This document shows, piece after piece, positions 12,852-25,718 of a stretch of DNA of 64,000 nucleotides. The DNA is from Octopus vulgaris. Its lineage: Eukaryota. A program made the translations under genes and the position numbers. Positions within the stretch are counted from its first letter, which is position 1. Every line of letters begins with the position of its first letter. Location of the stretch: positions 86,428,001 through 86,492,000 of the forward strand of contig OX597816.1 in NCBI GenBank assembly GCA_951406725.2, read 5' to 3'. The notes under the pieces are model-generated. The model was not told the origin of the DNA. It saw nothing but the letters and a program-made list of their open reading frames with translations, and made no database searches.

Positions 12852-12895
12852 TGCCAGATCATATGATTTCTCCCTGCCCAGGTTCTTCAGTGGCA
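12852..12895 (-). ncRNA. Minimal type-I hammerhead ribozyme motif
   Basis: Minus strand: ugcca CUGAAGA accugggcaggga GAAA ucauauga UC uggca. 5-bp stem I, palindromic stem III (AUCAUAUGAU), AUC cleavage triplet. Confidence 0.72.
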
Positions 12896-13259
12896 GACAT
12901 CCGTTAGCGACATAACAGAGGAAGCCGCACGTTCAGGTGAACATAAAGATTGCTTCTTGGTATTAATACTGTTTCCGTCGTTATTGATTATCACAACAAA
13001 GAATGTAACAGATCAAATCACACTGATATATAAGCTACTGTCTAAATCTAAATTGGTACACTTGAAAGTAATTTATTATACTATCAGCTAGAGATTAAAT
13101 CACCGTAAAGGTCAATGATAAACACCGACATATATGTAGGTATACGCACAGTAAATACTTACAAAAGGATAAATAAGAAAAAGATCATAATTAATACAGA
13201 GAAATATACAAGACAGCCGCGAGCAAAATGCTCGTAATAATGGGTATGAACAAATTCCT

Positions 13260-13472
13260 TTATTTGTTTATTCGATTCAGTCATTTGACTGCAGCCATGC
13301 TGGAGCATCGCCTTTAGTCGACCAAATCGACTCCAGGACTTATTCTTTGTAAGCCTAGTACTTCTTCTGTCGGTCTCTTTTGCCGAACCGCTAAGTTACG
13401 GGGGACATAAACACACCAGCATCGTTTGCCAAATGATGTTGGGACAAACACAGACACACAAACATATACATG

Positions 13473-13509
<37 letters not shown>

Positions 13510-13668
13510 CGAGCGTCTTTCAGTTTCCGTCTACCAAATCCACTGACAAGGCTTTGGTCGGCCCGAGGCTATAGTAGAAGACACTTGTCCACGGTGCAGC
13601 GCAGTGGGACTGAACCCAGGACCATGTGGTTGGTAAGCAAGCTACTTACTACGCAGCCACTCCTGCGC
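13260..13668 (-). mobile_element. tRNA-derived SINE, family B (cephalopod-type, internal TA/TG microsatellite)
   Basis: Minus strand starts gcgcaggagtggctgcgtagtaagtagc...gggttcagtcccactgcg; reverse-complement match to the copy at 25493-25930. Confidence 0.88.
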
Positions 13669-15504
13669 TCGGAAAGCCAAGTTACGTTAATCCCCACCAA
13701 AATCGAAGCAATTAAAAGTGCAATTTTTTTTTTAAATAGTACAGCGCAATACATAAACATGATCTCCGTGTCTTCTCCGCTCTGGCGGAAAATTCGTTCC
13801 AGAAGTTACCCACAGTACAGCGAAATTACACGTACAACTCACTCTAAGTCAAAACAACTTCAACGTATTAATCTGTATTTAAATTAACAAATAAACAGAT
13901 AACATTATCAAAAAATACACACTAGGGTATTATAGTACATACTAACCAGAAGAATTTCTTAATGTTTTTTTTTTTTTTTACAAGAAACAAACGAAATGGA
14001 CCCCATTTTTATCCTAGATGTAGGAAGTGTAATTCTTTAAAAGTCCAGTAGCAGAAGCATAAAGCAATCCCTTACACAAACAAAATTATTTTAAACTACT
14101 AACGTGCAAAGTGAAATCAATAGTTTCTGTGCCCACAAATCAAGTATTGTAAACCAAAGTCTGGAGTACCAAAGATGTTTTACCTACAACCCATATTCAT
14201 GGCATTGTACCAAGCTACAAGAAATGAAAGCAATAATTAAGCGGAGATAGAAATTTACTCTACAAAGGTAGAGGATATAGTCGTTGTAGCAGACACAACA
14301 AAAGAAGTTGAGATATTAAAAGATGACGTAGAGAACAACGTTGTGCTAAAATTCGACAGCCTTAAAATGCTGATACGCTCCTTTTATAGAGAAAGAAATC
14401 TACAGAATATATAAAAAAACAGTAATTGTCAATAGCTATTGAAATACATTTATACGAAACTGCAGATGGATATAGACAAAGATACAATTCAACAAATTCA
14501 TCAAATATTACTCTAAATAGAACAGTATATGTATTAGATGCATGCCGTACAGAACAGACGAGCCCATAATTAAAAGACTCATAAATTCAAGCAAAATGTA
14601 TCACAGGAGACCATGAACTGGGGTTAAAGTAAGAAAAAAAGAAAAGAAATCCTTACTAGCAATATATCGCAGGCATGTAAAAGGGAGAAATAACTTAGGT
14701 TAACGCAGTTTATAAATCTAGTTATAAAACTGAGTTTCAAATTAGTTAATTCCAATCTTTCATACGCCATTTTCTCTTGTAGTCTCACTATACATTTTGA
14801 AACATGTGTGTGTCTGTGTGTGTGAGCGTGTGTGCATGTTTATATGTTTGCGTGCGTGTGTTTCTGTGTGCTCGTGTGTGTTTCTGTATGTGTGTATGTG
14901 TATGCCTGTGCGCAAAAGTGTATATATATGGCCGCAAGTTAAGCGTACAAAATATGATGTTTTGAGTAGCATCATTCAGCAGATATACAAGTAAAAGTCC
15001 AGAAATATGGAGGAGGAGGAATGAAGGAAATGAGATGAGAAATCAAGAAAGGTAGCCTGGCGCTTGTCTTTCGGACAAAATGCAACTTCAGTATACTCAA
15101 TTATGTTTTTGTTTTTAAATTTTGCGCTGCTGTGCGGAAGACGTCTTCAAATGATATGGTTTCATTTATATATTTTCATTTAGCACTTCATGTGTATACT
15201 GTTATTTTTGTCAAATATTATATCAACTGTACTCTATTTTTCTTTCTCTCCTAAGTGAAATTTCACATACTGCACTGTTTGTTTATTTGAGAAATTAATA
15301 AATTTGGTAAATTTTTACTTGGTGGTTCTACTTATATATTTAGTGTTTACTATCTAAGAGATGTATCTGAAGAGAAAAGAAACCCAGTAAATGGAGAATC
15401 GTTCAGAATCAAGATTACTTCATTCAGTTACACTTCCGAAGTGATCGAGAAGTACTGCAGCAATAATTTACCATATCTGGAAATGCTAACTGTAAATGCT
15501 GATC

Positions 15505-15505
<1 letters not shown>

Positions 15506-15569
<64 letters not shown>
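15506..15569. repeat. (AAT)n microsatellite
   Basis: Directly visible. Confidence 0.95.
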
Positions 15570-15570
<1 letters not shown>

Positions 15571-16123
15571 TCCTGATGCAGTACCAGGCAGAGGCTCTCA
15601 TGGCTTCTGATCTTAACTGATTGGGAGTGTTATCATGTACATTGTTCTGTCTTGGTATAAAAGATGGGCTACAGCAAATATTCTGCTCAATACCACAGAT
15701 TTGCTTGTCAGTTGTTTGACTTTAACCAGTTGAGCATGTCCCTTAGTGGCTGACGATATGTGCATCTCTGATCACGAACAGAAGTAGTGGGGGAGCATCA
15801 TAGCCATGTGTTGAGAGGGATTCTTTGGGGTTTGAATAATTCACCTCTGGAGACATGGGTGGGTTTTTCAACATCCTTAAACAACCCTTATTCAGGGACC
15901 GTTTGAGCGGGATGGGCTACTCAACCTGAAGAAAATTTTAACTGGGCCCCACCTGCAAGGTCATGTGCAGTTTATCTTGATATGAGATCACCATGCCGCG
16001 CACATATGGTTGTGATGCATGTGCCTGGTATGCCCTTATCAGACGGGTAGTCATGATGGGTATATTGGGCTTCGTATATTTTACCCCAGTGTCACTTTGA
16101 TGGCATGAACTGCTCTCTCACTC
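15570..16123 (+). mobile_element. ~554-bp non-coding interspersed element embedded in (AAT)n, copy 1
   Basis: Flanked on both sides by AAT repeats; homologous over its length to 16207-16752, and its end matches 63921-64000 in reverse complement. Confidence 0.85.
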
Positions 16124-16206
16124 AATAATAATAATAATAATAATAGCTACAAGAATTATAATAGCTATAAGAATTATAATAACAACAACAAAAGCAACAA
16201 CAACAA

Positions 16207-16752
16207 ATGCCGTGATGTGGCTTTCATGACTTCTGATCTTAACTGAACAGAAGAGTTATCATTTACAATGTTTTGTCTTGGTATAAAGGATGGGCTACAG
16301 CAAATAGTCTGCTCAATACCACAGATTTGCTTGACAGTTGCTTATCCTTAACCAGTTGAACATGCCCCTTAGTGGCTGATGATATGTGCATCTCAGATCA
16401 TGAGTAGTAGTAGTATTTAGGGAGCATCATATTCATGTGTTGAGAGGAATTCTTTGGGCTTTGGATAATTCACCACTGGAAACATGGGCGTTTCGTTCAA
16501 TAACGTTTAACAACCCTTAGTCAGGGTCCTTTTGAATGGGATTGGCTACTTGACTCGAAGAAAATTCTAACTGGGCACCGCCTACAACTTCATACGCTGT
16601 CAATCTTGATATGTGATCACCATGTCACGCACATATAGTTGTCACGTATGTACTTGGTGTACCCTGATCTGACGGATAGTCATGATGGGTATACTGGGCT
16701 TCATATATTTTACCCCAGTGTCACTTTGATAGCACGGACAGTTCTTTCATCA
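16207..16752 (+). mobile_element. ~554-bp element, copy 2 (more diverged)
   Basis: Colinear with 15570-16123 (cttctgatcttaactga, gatgggctacagcaaata, tattttaccccagtgtcactttgat); flanked by AAC/AAT repeats. Confidence 0.85.
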
Positions 16753-16791
16753 AACAACAACAACGAGAACAACAACAACAACAACAACAAC

Positions 16792-16850
<59 letters not shown>

Positions 16851-17009
16851 TAATAATAATAACAATAACGATCATAACAATAATGAAATTTACAATGATT
16901 GGCATGACATTCTTAATAAATATGAAAATTAATTTCAATATAAGTATTATTATAGTTAATACAATACATATGGATGCTGTATTTATTATTATCATCATCA
17001 TCATCATTA

Positions 17010-17084
<75 letters not shown>

Positions 17085-17133
17085 ATAGTAGTAGTAGTGG
17101 AAGCAGTAGCAGCAGCAGCAATAGTAGTATTAA

Positions 17134-17169
<36 letters not shown>

Positions 17170-17232
17170 AAGAAGTAGTAGTAGTAGTAGCAGTAGTAGT
17201 AGTAGTAGCAGTAGTAGTAGTAGTAGTAGTAG
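16753..17232. repeat. Compound trinucleotide microsatellite (AAC)/(AAT)/(ATT)/(AGT)
   Basis: Directly visible; source of the poly-N/I/S/L/V ORFs. Confidence 0.95.
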
Positions 17233-17389
17233 CATTTCTCCTTATTTAATTGTAAAAGTTTGTGACATTTTAATACGAAAGCAGGAGATATGTCAGTTAA
17301 TTAGCTTTCCTACCATGTTCATTTGCAGACACACGCAAGTGTATATATATATATATATATATATTATTAATGGAATTAAACAATAGTTA

Positions 17390-17646
17390 CTATTATGGCC
17401 GTTCCTTGATTGTGATGTTGAAAAAATGGTGACTATTTAATTTTTCCTATATATATATATATATATATGAATTTTCTGGTTAAAAAGTTTTAAGTGCCGT
17501 GTGTGCTATTTCTTACTGATGAGTCTAAGGCCTATGGTGGATTGGTAGTTTTCAATTTTCTCCTGGAATTAATGTTATTTTGCGTTAGCTTTTGGCTGTT
17601 ATTTCTAGTGGGTATGCCTATTATGGCCGTTCCTTGATTGTGATGT

Positions 17647-17649
<3 letters not shown>
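17390..17649. repeat. Short element with a 32-bp direct repeat between TA tracts (probable PLE pseudo-LTR remnant)
   Basis: ctattatggccgttccttgattgtgatgttga at 17390-17421 and 17618-17649; orphan CTGATGA near 17516. Confidence 0.55.
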
Positions 17650-17703
<54 letters not shown>

Positions 17704-17999
17704 TTATGTGTGTGGGTATGTATCTATGTATGAATGTACGTATATATGCAAGTAAATGATACATAAATGCATTTATATATATAAATGCAAAAATATTACT
17801 ACTATATTTTCTCATTAATTATTTTAACTGTTCAAGATTATAAGCTATTGTAAGTTTTACATACTTTCATATCTGTCTGTCTGACTATATGTATGTATGT
17901 ATGTATACATGTATATATATATGTATGTATGATGTATGTATGTATGTATATATGTATATATGTATATATATGTATGCATATATGTTTATGATATGATAC

Positions 18000-18040
<41 letters not shown>

Positions 18041-18849
18041 CATATAACACACATTATACAAATATAAACGTATATCCGTTATGTGTTTCGAATATGAATT
18101 TATATAAATAATATGAATCTATAAAATAACGTGTATATAGAGTATATATTGACAAATGTATACGTAAATGCATGCATACAAATATAGCTACATACATACA
18201 TACGCACGTGCATACATACATGCGTACATACATACATACATACATACATACATACATACATACATACATGTGAATGTAATTTTTTGTCTAGGCTGATAGC
18301 ATTATTAAAGTTTATTGCATGTCGTATCATCTGTTCCAATTTTGAAATAAATGCCACCAACTTGTGTAATTAATAATGATAGTTATGATATTAATAAGAA
18401 TAATGAAAATGATAGGATAAAATTACATGTAGGGATTATACAAGGGGAGCCAGGAAAATATGACAATAAAGGTTAAATTCAAGAAGTGTTATTAAAGCGA
18501 TAAATTCAAAACACTGCCATTTATCAGACATAGAACTGGAATTATGAACTGGAGAAAAGGCGAAGTGCAGAAACAATTAAAAATTCTTCAGTTCCAAACC
18601 TCTCTCCGGAAAAAATCGCAGCTTCACCCCATTTGCTGTCGATAAGTAAATCTCTTATCTACCGAAGAGGTTTACGAAAATTCGTCGGTCGGAGAGTGTG
18701 CTATCACTGATAACCAATACATCTAAACTTAGTAACCTGAGGTCATTGAGTAGGTGGCCCTGTTTCCAAGGCATTTATTTTGTATATTCTCACAAACAAA
18801 CACGACAAGGCCGTGTTTGTTAGTGAGATGTAGAATAAAATGAATCAGT

Positions 18850-20850
18850 TACCGTATTTTTATGGAGAGTCAGATGTTCTGTCCTGGCTAAATATGAGTG
18901 TCTCTAGAAATTCTTTGTACAGCCCTTTTTATAGGCCCATGGAAATCTCATATCCTTTTGGGATATTTTGTTTCCAGTTTGTTACTTCTTGCGTTGAATT
19001 TATAATTTTTATGTGAATGAGGGTGAAGAGGGGATGTATTCATTTAGAGTGATGTCTGTGAATTTTAAAGATTTTATTAACTTGTTTTTTCTTGTGCCTA
19101 TGGCCGTGTAATTAAGGATGCTTTGTGGGTGCTGTTCATGTTGTTGGTCTGGATTGCTATGTGTTTTCGTTTGTTGAGGTGTTTGTGACATTGTTAGTAT
19201 TTGTAATGTTAGACATGTTTGTAGTTGCGTTTTTGTAGGGTCGATGGATGTCTGATGGTTTGTTGGTGTGTGTGTGTCTCCTCCTCTAATCTCTTTGTTT
19301 TTAGTCTCGTATCGCACTTTTTTAAATTTTTGTTTCCTCTTTTCTTTCAGCAGGATCCTCTCTGGTGGGTTTCCAAGCTAGTTTTCCTCACTAGACAGGT
19401 TTTCGCAATCGGAAAATTCAGTGTGACTAGGGATTAGAATATCTGCACCGTCACACACTTCTAAGTTGTTGGTGAGGTCGACTGGTGGGAGTGAGATTTC
19501 TGTCTGTTGCGAAAGTGTAGGTGTTGTTATTGTTTCTCTGATGTGTGGTACCCGTTATGGCTTCTGATAGTGTTCAATGGATCTCTCCTACAGCACTTTC
19601 TTTTCCGGCTTTGAATACTGCTGCTCTTGACATTGACGCTGTTGGTTTTCTTTTTGCTGGGGCTACAGCTGTTGTTTTTGTTGCGTTAGAAGTGTCTGTA
19701 ACAGCGGTATCTTCTTGTTTTCTTTGCATGTGGCACAAAACCTTTAAATGATTTCGTTACGAACGTCGAACCTCAGCTTTCTTCTTTCTACCGTGTTCAG
19801 TTTGGGAGGTTTATCAGATTAGTGATGACTTTGATAGTAATCATATCGATCTCTAACCGCAATTCTATGCCAGTGCCTGACCAATTCTCCTTTCCAATTT
19901 TATGAACTTGCAAATATTTTTGGTATTGTTTTCAATGCTGTATAGTACAGCTGTCGCTAGTAAAAGGATATCCACTTCCGGTAGCACCTTTATTTTGACA
20001 ATCCTCCAACCGAGGAATGTCGGAATTAGCCATAATCCCTCACTTTTGATGGTTGTAATGACATTTTCTTGGGCTTAATGTGTTGTTGCACTTCTTCTAG
20101 TGCCTTGTTAAGGAAGATTGTTCTACCGTTCTTTGTAAACTGCAGCTTAACGTCACTCAACAGTTTTCTTTATATCGACTTATTTTCATTTTTCGACGAG
20201 CTTGTGCGAAATTGTTCCCATTCTGTTTTAAAAAAGAATGTCAGCTGTTGTCATTTTATGAATGTTTGTGTTAGTCGTGGCGGCGGTGGTGGTGGTGGTG
20301 CTGGTGGTGAGTTTGGTATTGTGGACGGTGGTGGTTGTCATGCTTGCATCACATAAGAGTGTGACTTGCTAGTCGCTGCTCCTGATGCTTCTATTGCTGT
20401 AGTTGTTTCCGTCTGTTGCTGTTTTGTTGTTACTGATGCTGTTGTTGTTGTTTAGCAACAAGACGGGTAAGGGTGATTAGGTGATGGTCTAGGGCTTAGG
20501 GGTGGGAGACCTCAGACCTTGGAAGAAAAAAACATAGCTCGTCTTGTTGTATTCGAGGGTTTTTCGTTGACAACCGACACCACTGGGAGGTGGCCCTCGA
20601 AGTCGCTGGAAATGGAGATCTCCAGTTTCAAATTTTTGAACGGCTGTTACTGCTGCTACTGTCTCTGCTTCGTTTCTAGACCACCACAAATACAGGTGGG
20701 AAATAATGTGATAACAGCCATTCCGACAGCCATTGCTTTCCTCGATTTGGGAAGCCATATTGGTATATTTGTTTTAAAATGCTTAATTAGCAAATCAAAA
20801 TCCCCAAATTCGCCTTGTAAAGAAAAATTTTCGCGAGATAAATTCGCCCA
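18850..20850 (-). pseudogene. Decayed ORF1-like region of an L1/Tx1-type non-LTR element (tentative)
   Basis: Strong strand skew (A/C-rich on minus). Minus-strand fragments IKSEGLWLIPTFLGWRIVKIKVLPEVDILLLAT, KENWSGTGIEL and RNHLKVLCH (possible knuckle remnant) resemble, from memory, mollusc Tx1-like ORF1; not verified. Confidence 0.38.
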
Positions 20851-20961
20851 ACTTGTAGCGATCTGGTTTATTTAGTTAATGGTTCAAGAAAATTTGGAAT
20901 AACAACTAATAAAATAACATATATTGACTCACTAAAATGTGCCATCTTGTTGCAGACACAG

Positions 20962-21047
<86 letters not shown>
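20962..21047. repeat. (AAT)n microsatellite
   Basis: Directly visible; abuts the R4/Dong fragment. Confidence 0.95.
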
Positions 21048-21049
<2 letters not shown>

Positions 21050-21069
21050 TAGAGAGGGAGAGAGAAAGA

Positions 21070-22510
21070 GAGAGAACAACAATATACCAAATGACAATGA
21101 AATCAAAGGTTTTGGAGTGACATCTGGAGCAAAGAGACGGAGCACAAGAAGGATGCTGAATGGTTGCAAAAACTGAAACAAACAGTAGTCTGTCCAAAAT
21201 AAGCAGAACTAGTCATTTCAGTTAGGGAAGTGAAGGAAATCAACAAAAAAATGAGCAACTGGAAGGCCTCGGGACCAGACGGATTGCGAGCATACTGGAT
21301 CAAAAGATTTGGCGAATGTCATGCCCGAAAAACTTCGTAACTCAACACCTTGTTAAATGTCGACCAAGTAATACCAGAATGGTTGTCAATGAGTAGGCCC
21401 GTGCTGTAGCTGAATAACATCGAAAAAGGCAATTACAGGCCGATATCCTGTTTGCCACATAAGCAGAACGGTTGCAAGCGTAAGTGCAGAGGTACAAAGG
21501 ATCAGTTCCTGATAGACAAAACTGTACTTAGAAACTTCAAGAGGAGGAAAAGTAACTTAGCCATGTCATGGATCGACTATCGTAAGGCGTACGATATGAT
21601 CTCACATTGTTGGATATTGGAATGCATGAACCTATTTGGTATTGCATCTAATGTTGAGCGATTGCTTGGAAAAAGTATGTCGAATTGGAGGATAGACCTG
21701 ACAGCAAACAGAAGAAGTTTAGGGACAGTAGACATTAGGAGGGGCATCTTCCAAGGGGACTGCCTGTCCACACTGGTCTTGTACTGTGATTGATACTACT
21801 ACCACTAATACTGAGTAAAGCAAAAGCTGGATATGTATTCAGAAGCCGCCAAAAAAAATGTCAACCATTTGTTATTCATGGATGACCTCAAACTTCATGG
21901 TAAAGATGAATCCCAAGTCAGTTCCATCGTTGATATGATGTATACTTTCAGTGCTGATATCAGAAAGGAATTCAGACTGAGAAAGAGTGGTGTGTTAGTC
22001 TTGAAGAGAGACAAAATCAAATGTATGGACGGGCTAATGATACAATCGGGGTAGTTTATGAAGCAGATAGAAGAGACGGGCTATAAGTACTTGGGATTTT
22101 GGACATAGACAAATTGATCGAAAAACAAATGACAGAAAAATGAGAGAAACAAATGACAGAAACAAGGTGTAATACTTGCGCAGACTGACACTGATCCTTA
22201 AGTCGAAATTAAACGGACGGAATAAGATCGGAGCTGTCAACACCTGGGCGGTTTCACTCCTTAGATATGGAGATTGGGTAATCGCATGGACAGTAGATTA
22301 TCTGAACAGCTTACACAGAAAGACAAGGAAGTTGCTAACTAGATATGGATCACTTCACCCAAAAAGTGACGCAGGCAGACTATGCGTACCAAGAAAAACA
22401 GGGGGAAGTGAACTGATTGGATGCGTACACAGCATTAGAGCACAGGAAAACAACATAGCATGGTATGTGAAAAATGCCATAGAACCGCTATTATTAGAAG
22501 TAAGATCAGA
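21070..22510 (+). pseudogene. R4/Dong-clade non-LTR retrotransposon RT fragment, truncated at both ends and frameshifted
   Basis: [107 protein letters not shown]. Confidence 0.9.
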
Positions 22511-23239
22511 TAAAATGTAGCCAAATACAACTTGCAAACATTAATACAATATATATAGAAAATTTTCCAATGGGAGAAAATCTTTCGATAGATACCCTTG
22601 CAGACACCATTAAGCAAACTCACGCGGTTAATAGTACTTTAAACAATGCCTCTGTTGCTGATGGTACAGCTGTTGATGCTGATTATTATATATCGGCATT
22701 GTTTCGTCCATGTTTGAAGTGATTGCCATTCCTTTTTGCACATTCCTCGCGTCAGACTATATTAATCTCGTTTAGGTAATCACTTAAGTCGGACCACGAA
22801 ATAATCCCCCACTGCAAAACAAGCCTTGTGGTTGCAATATACAAATGATGGCTTTGGTTCCTTGCTGAAATTTTGTTATTCTGGGCCAGTTATTATTATT
22901 TTTTTTAAACTTTCAAATTTTAAGAAAGGTTCTTTTTATCAGCAACAAACAAAACATAATTGTTAGCCTCGTGACACATATTTCTGGTAGTACTTCAGCC
23001 CGTTAACTATTTTTAAATTCGATATACGCGGGGCCTGACAAGTTAATATTCGAACGAAATCCTCCTGCTTAGCTTTTTATTTTTTCTACATTCTAATCTA
23101 ATATCTACCGGGTTATATTTATAGCTACAGTCAATAAAAGCTTCCTTAAATTTGATATTATTCCCACATTCCTTTTAGGTGTCTTTAAACTTTCTATGCG
23201 ACGGATTGTTCATTGATTCTGGCTGTGTACTTATATCTG

Positions 23240-23840
23240 CAGGTGAATGATTGTTATATTGGTGATGATGAATGTGATTTTGAATTCGCACATTAACTTA
23301 ATGACATTCACGCTGTTATCGTTGATCATTTTGCTTAATATGTATCCTACATCTGGTTTAACTGTTATTATGATGAAAATAATGAAGAGGTGGTGATAGA
23401 AGAGAAAGACGAGAATAACAAGAAAAGAAACGGCAGTCATGATAATAATGAGAAAAATGATAATGAAGCAGCTGCTATGGTTGATCGTGATATGTAACTT
23501 TGTGACAAAATGGGCGACGGTGCTGCTGATTATGCTGGTGTTTCTGATAACTGTGATATGACAGTGTTGACGATGGTTATGATAAAATGCTGATGATGAC
23601 GATGATGGCGATTACATCAGCCAGAATGAGTAGTTTTCGACTATTGTTGCAAGTGAAGATGCTGATAATAATGATGGTCGTGTTGGTGGTGGTAAGAGTG
23701 GTGGATGTAATAGCAGCGGAGTGGTGTTTGGTGACTATGACGACGACGATGATGACGATGACGGTGATAATAAAGACAATGACGAAGACGACGATGACGA
23801 TGGTGGTGGTGAATGTAAAGTTATTGATGATGATAGCAGA
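23240..23840. repeat. Degenerate (GAT/GAC/GGT)n low-complexity tract
   Basis: Decayed trinucleotide repeat that generates the M/T/D/I-rich ORFs. Confidence 0.8.
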
Positions 23841-24329
23841 CAACGGCGAGGAATACGATTGGGGTCGACGTCTCTAAAATTTATTTCAGAATATTATGTC
23901 ACGTCTGGCCCTGTGAAATTTGAAGGTAGATAAGAGACAGCTGCAGGCCAGATATATCGTTAAAAGACACTCACAACATTACTTGCAACACGTCTTCCTA
24001 TTAATGAATGTCATTGCGCTATGAGCACAATATTAACTATAGAAATTGTTGAGCCATGACATAATCGCGGGGACATTGGTCAGACAAAAAACATCAACGA
24101 ACAACAGCTGACAGATTTTCATTCGATATAATTAAAGTCTGAATTCGTGGATTTCTTGGGTGTAAACACATACACAATCACGTGTGCAGTGCACGCACAA
24201 GTGCACATGTTTTCATGTATATTTATGTATTCTTTGTCCATACAAACGCAGACTGTTACACACACACACGCACTCACACACGTGTATTGGTGTATATACG
24301 TGTGTGTTTGTGTCTGTGTATATATAAAT

Positions 24330-24391
<62 letters not shown>

Positions 24392-24559
24392 AGAGAGAGA
24401 GTGTGTGTGTGTGTGTGTACTATGACCAGTTCATTGGGTTACCCAGGGCTTCGCGTCGTAAAGCGCTTAACTTTATATACGTCTCGGCAGACCCTAATGG
24501 CCAGTGGCCTATAACCTCTCTTCAAAATCGAGGTCAAAAAGGACTCATGGCTAGTTTTT

Positions 24560-24830
24560 GAACACACAAAGAAGAAAGGTCAAGTGCAAAGGATTGTCTC
24601 CCTTAGAACCCTATCCGGAATCGACCCTGTCAACTTGCGGGTCCCAGGATTTCAGTAGGAATCGCCAGAAATGTAAGAAGTGTCCAAAAGACTTCTATCA
24701 TGGAATTTAAGATGTTCCCCAGCACGAGGGAGTACTTCAATATTTTTTCCCTTTCGGTTATGCAGAGCTGGTAACTTTTGCTCTCGTTGATGTAGAGGCC
24801 CGGTTTTTCTAGGATTATTTGTTGGGTCCC
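24560..24830 (+). pseudogene. Possible highly decayed Gypsy integrase remnant
   Basis: GPRISVGIARNVRSVQKT resembles WPGI..DV.RYVRSC..CQKT, and VTFALVDVEARFS resembles YILTLVDYATRYP; locally higher GC. Confidence 0.33.
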
Positions 24831-25492
24831 TTCGCCCTTCAGGCGTCACACAAAGAAACTCCATACATTATTATACTTCTGATTGTAGTCATCGCTTGTC
24901 CCAAGAGGGAAGCATCATCGCAAAGAATATGAAATAACTTCAATGCATAATATAGAAAATAATTAACAAAAATAGGAATGTCATTACGCTATGAAAATAT
25001 TTTTTTCCATTATGGGTTAGAAATCCTATTACATTACAAAGATAAAAGACAAATTGATAAATTTGAAGAAAGGGAATGTAAAAGTTTACATCAGATAAAA
25101 TATCTTATCCAACAATAGCACATTCACATTAACAAGTACATTGCAATAAATAAGAATAATGTACAATCACAAAAATATTAAGATTACATACGATAAATAA
25201 GATTCCATCACGTAGGTACTCCACTTTACTCTGAAAACTACTCTGCATTATCCCTGCGTACTATTACCAAGTATCGTCTCCCAGTTCTCTCACCACTACA
25301 TGTCCCAGTAAAATAAATACATTTTCAGAATAGTCAGCTGCATTTCCTAAAATTCAATGGAGCGTAGCATTTCACGACCTATTTCTACATCATTACAGTT
25401 TTCCATGAATAATTTAAATGGCTTGCGATGAAAAGATTTGTTCTATACCTCTGGACGACGTTCACCATATAATGTATTTTATGATAATTAAT

Positions 25493-25648
25493 AGGCGCAG
25501 GAATGGCTGTGTGGTAAGTAGCTTGTTTACCAACCACATGTTTCCGGGTTCAGTCCCACTGCGTGGCACTTTGGGTAAGTGTCTTCTACTACAGCCTCGG
25601 GCCGACCGAGTGGATTTGGTAGACGGAAATTGAAAGAAACCCGTCGTA

Positions 25649-25718
<70 letters not shown>

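Noticed and set aside
15506-16900. Repeat-spacer-repeat layout suggestive of a CRISPR-like array
   Set aside because: The repeats are microsatellites and the spacers are two copies of one element; eukaryotic context, no cas genes.
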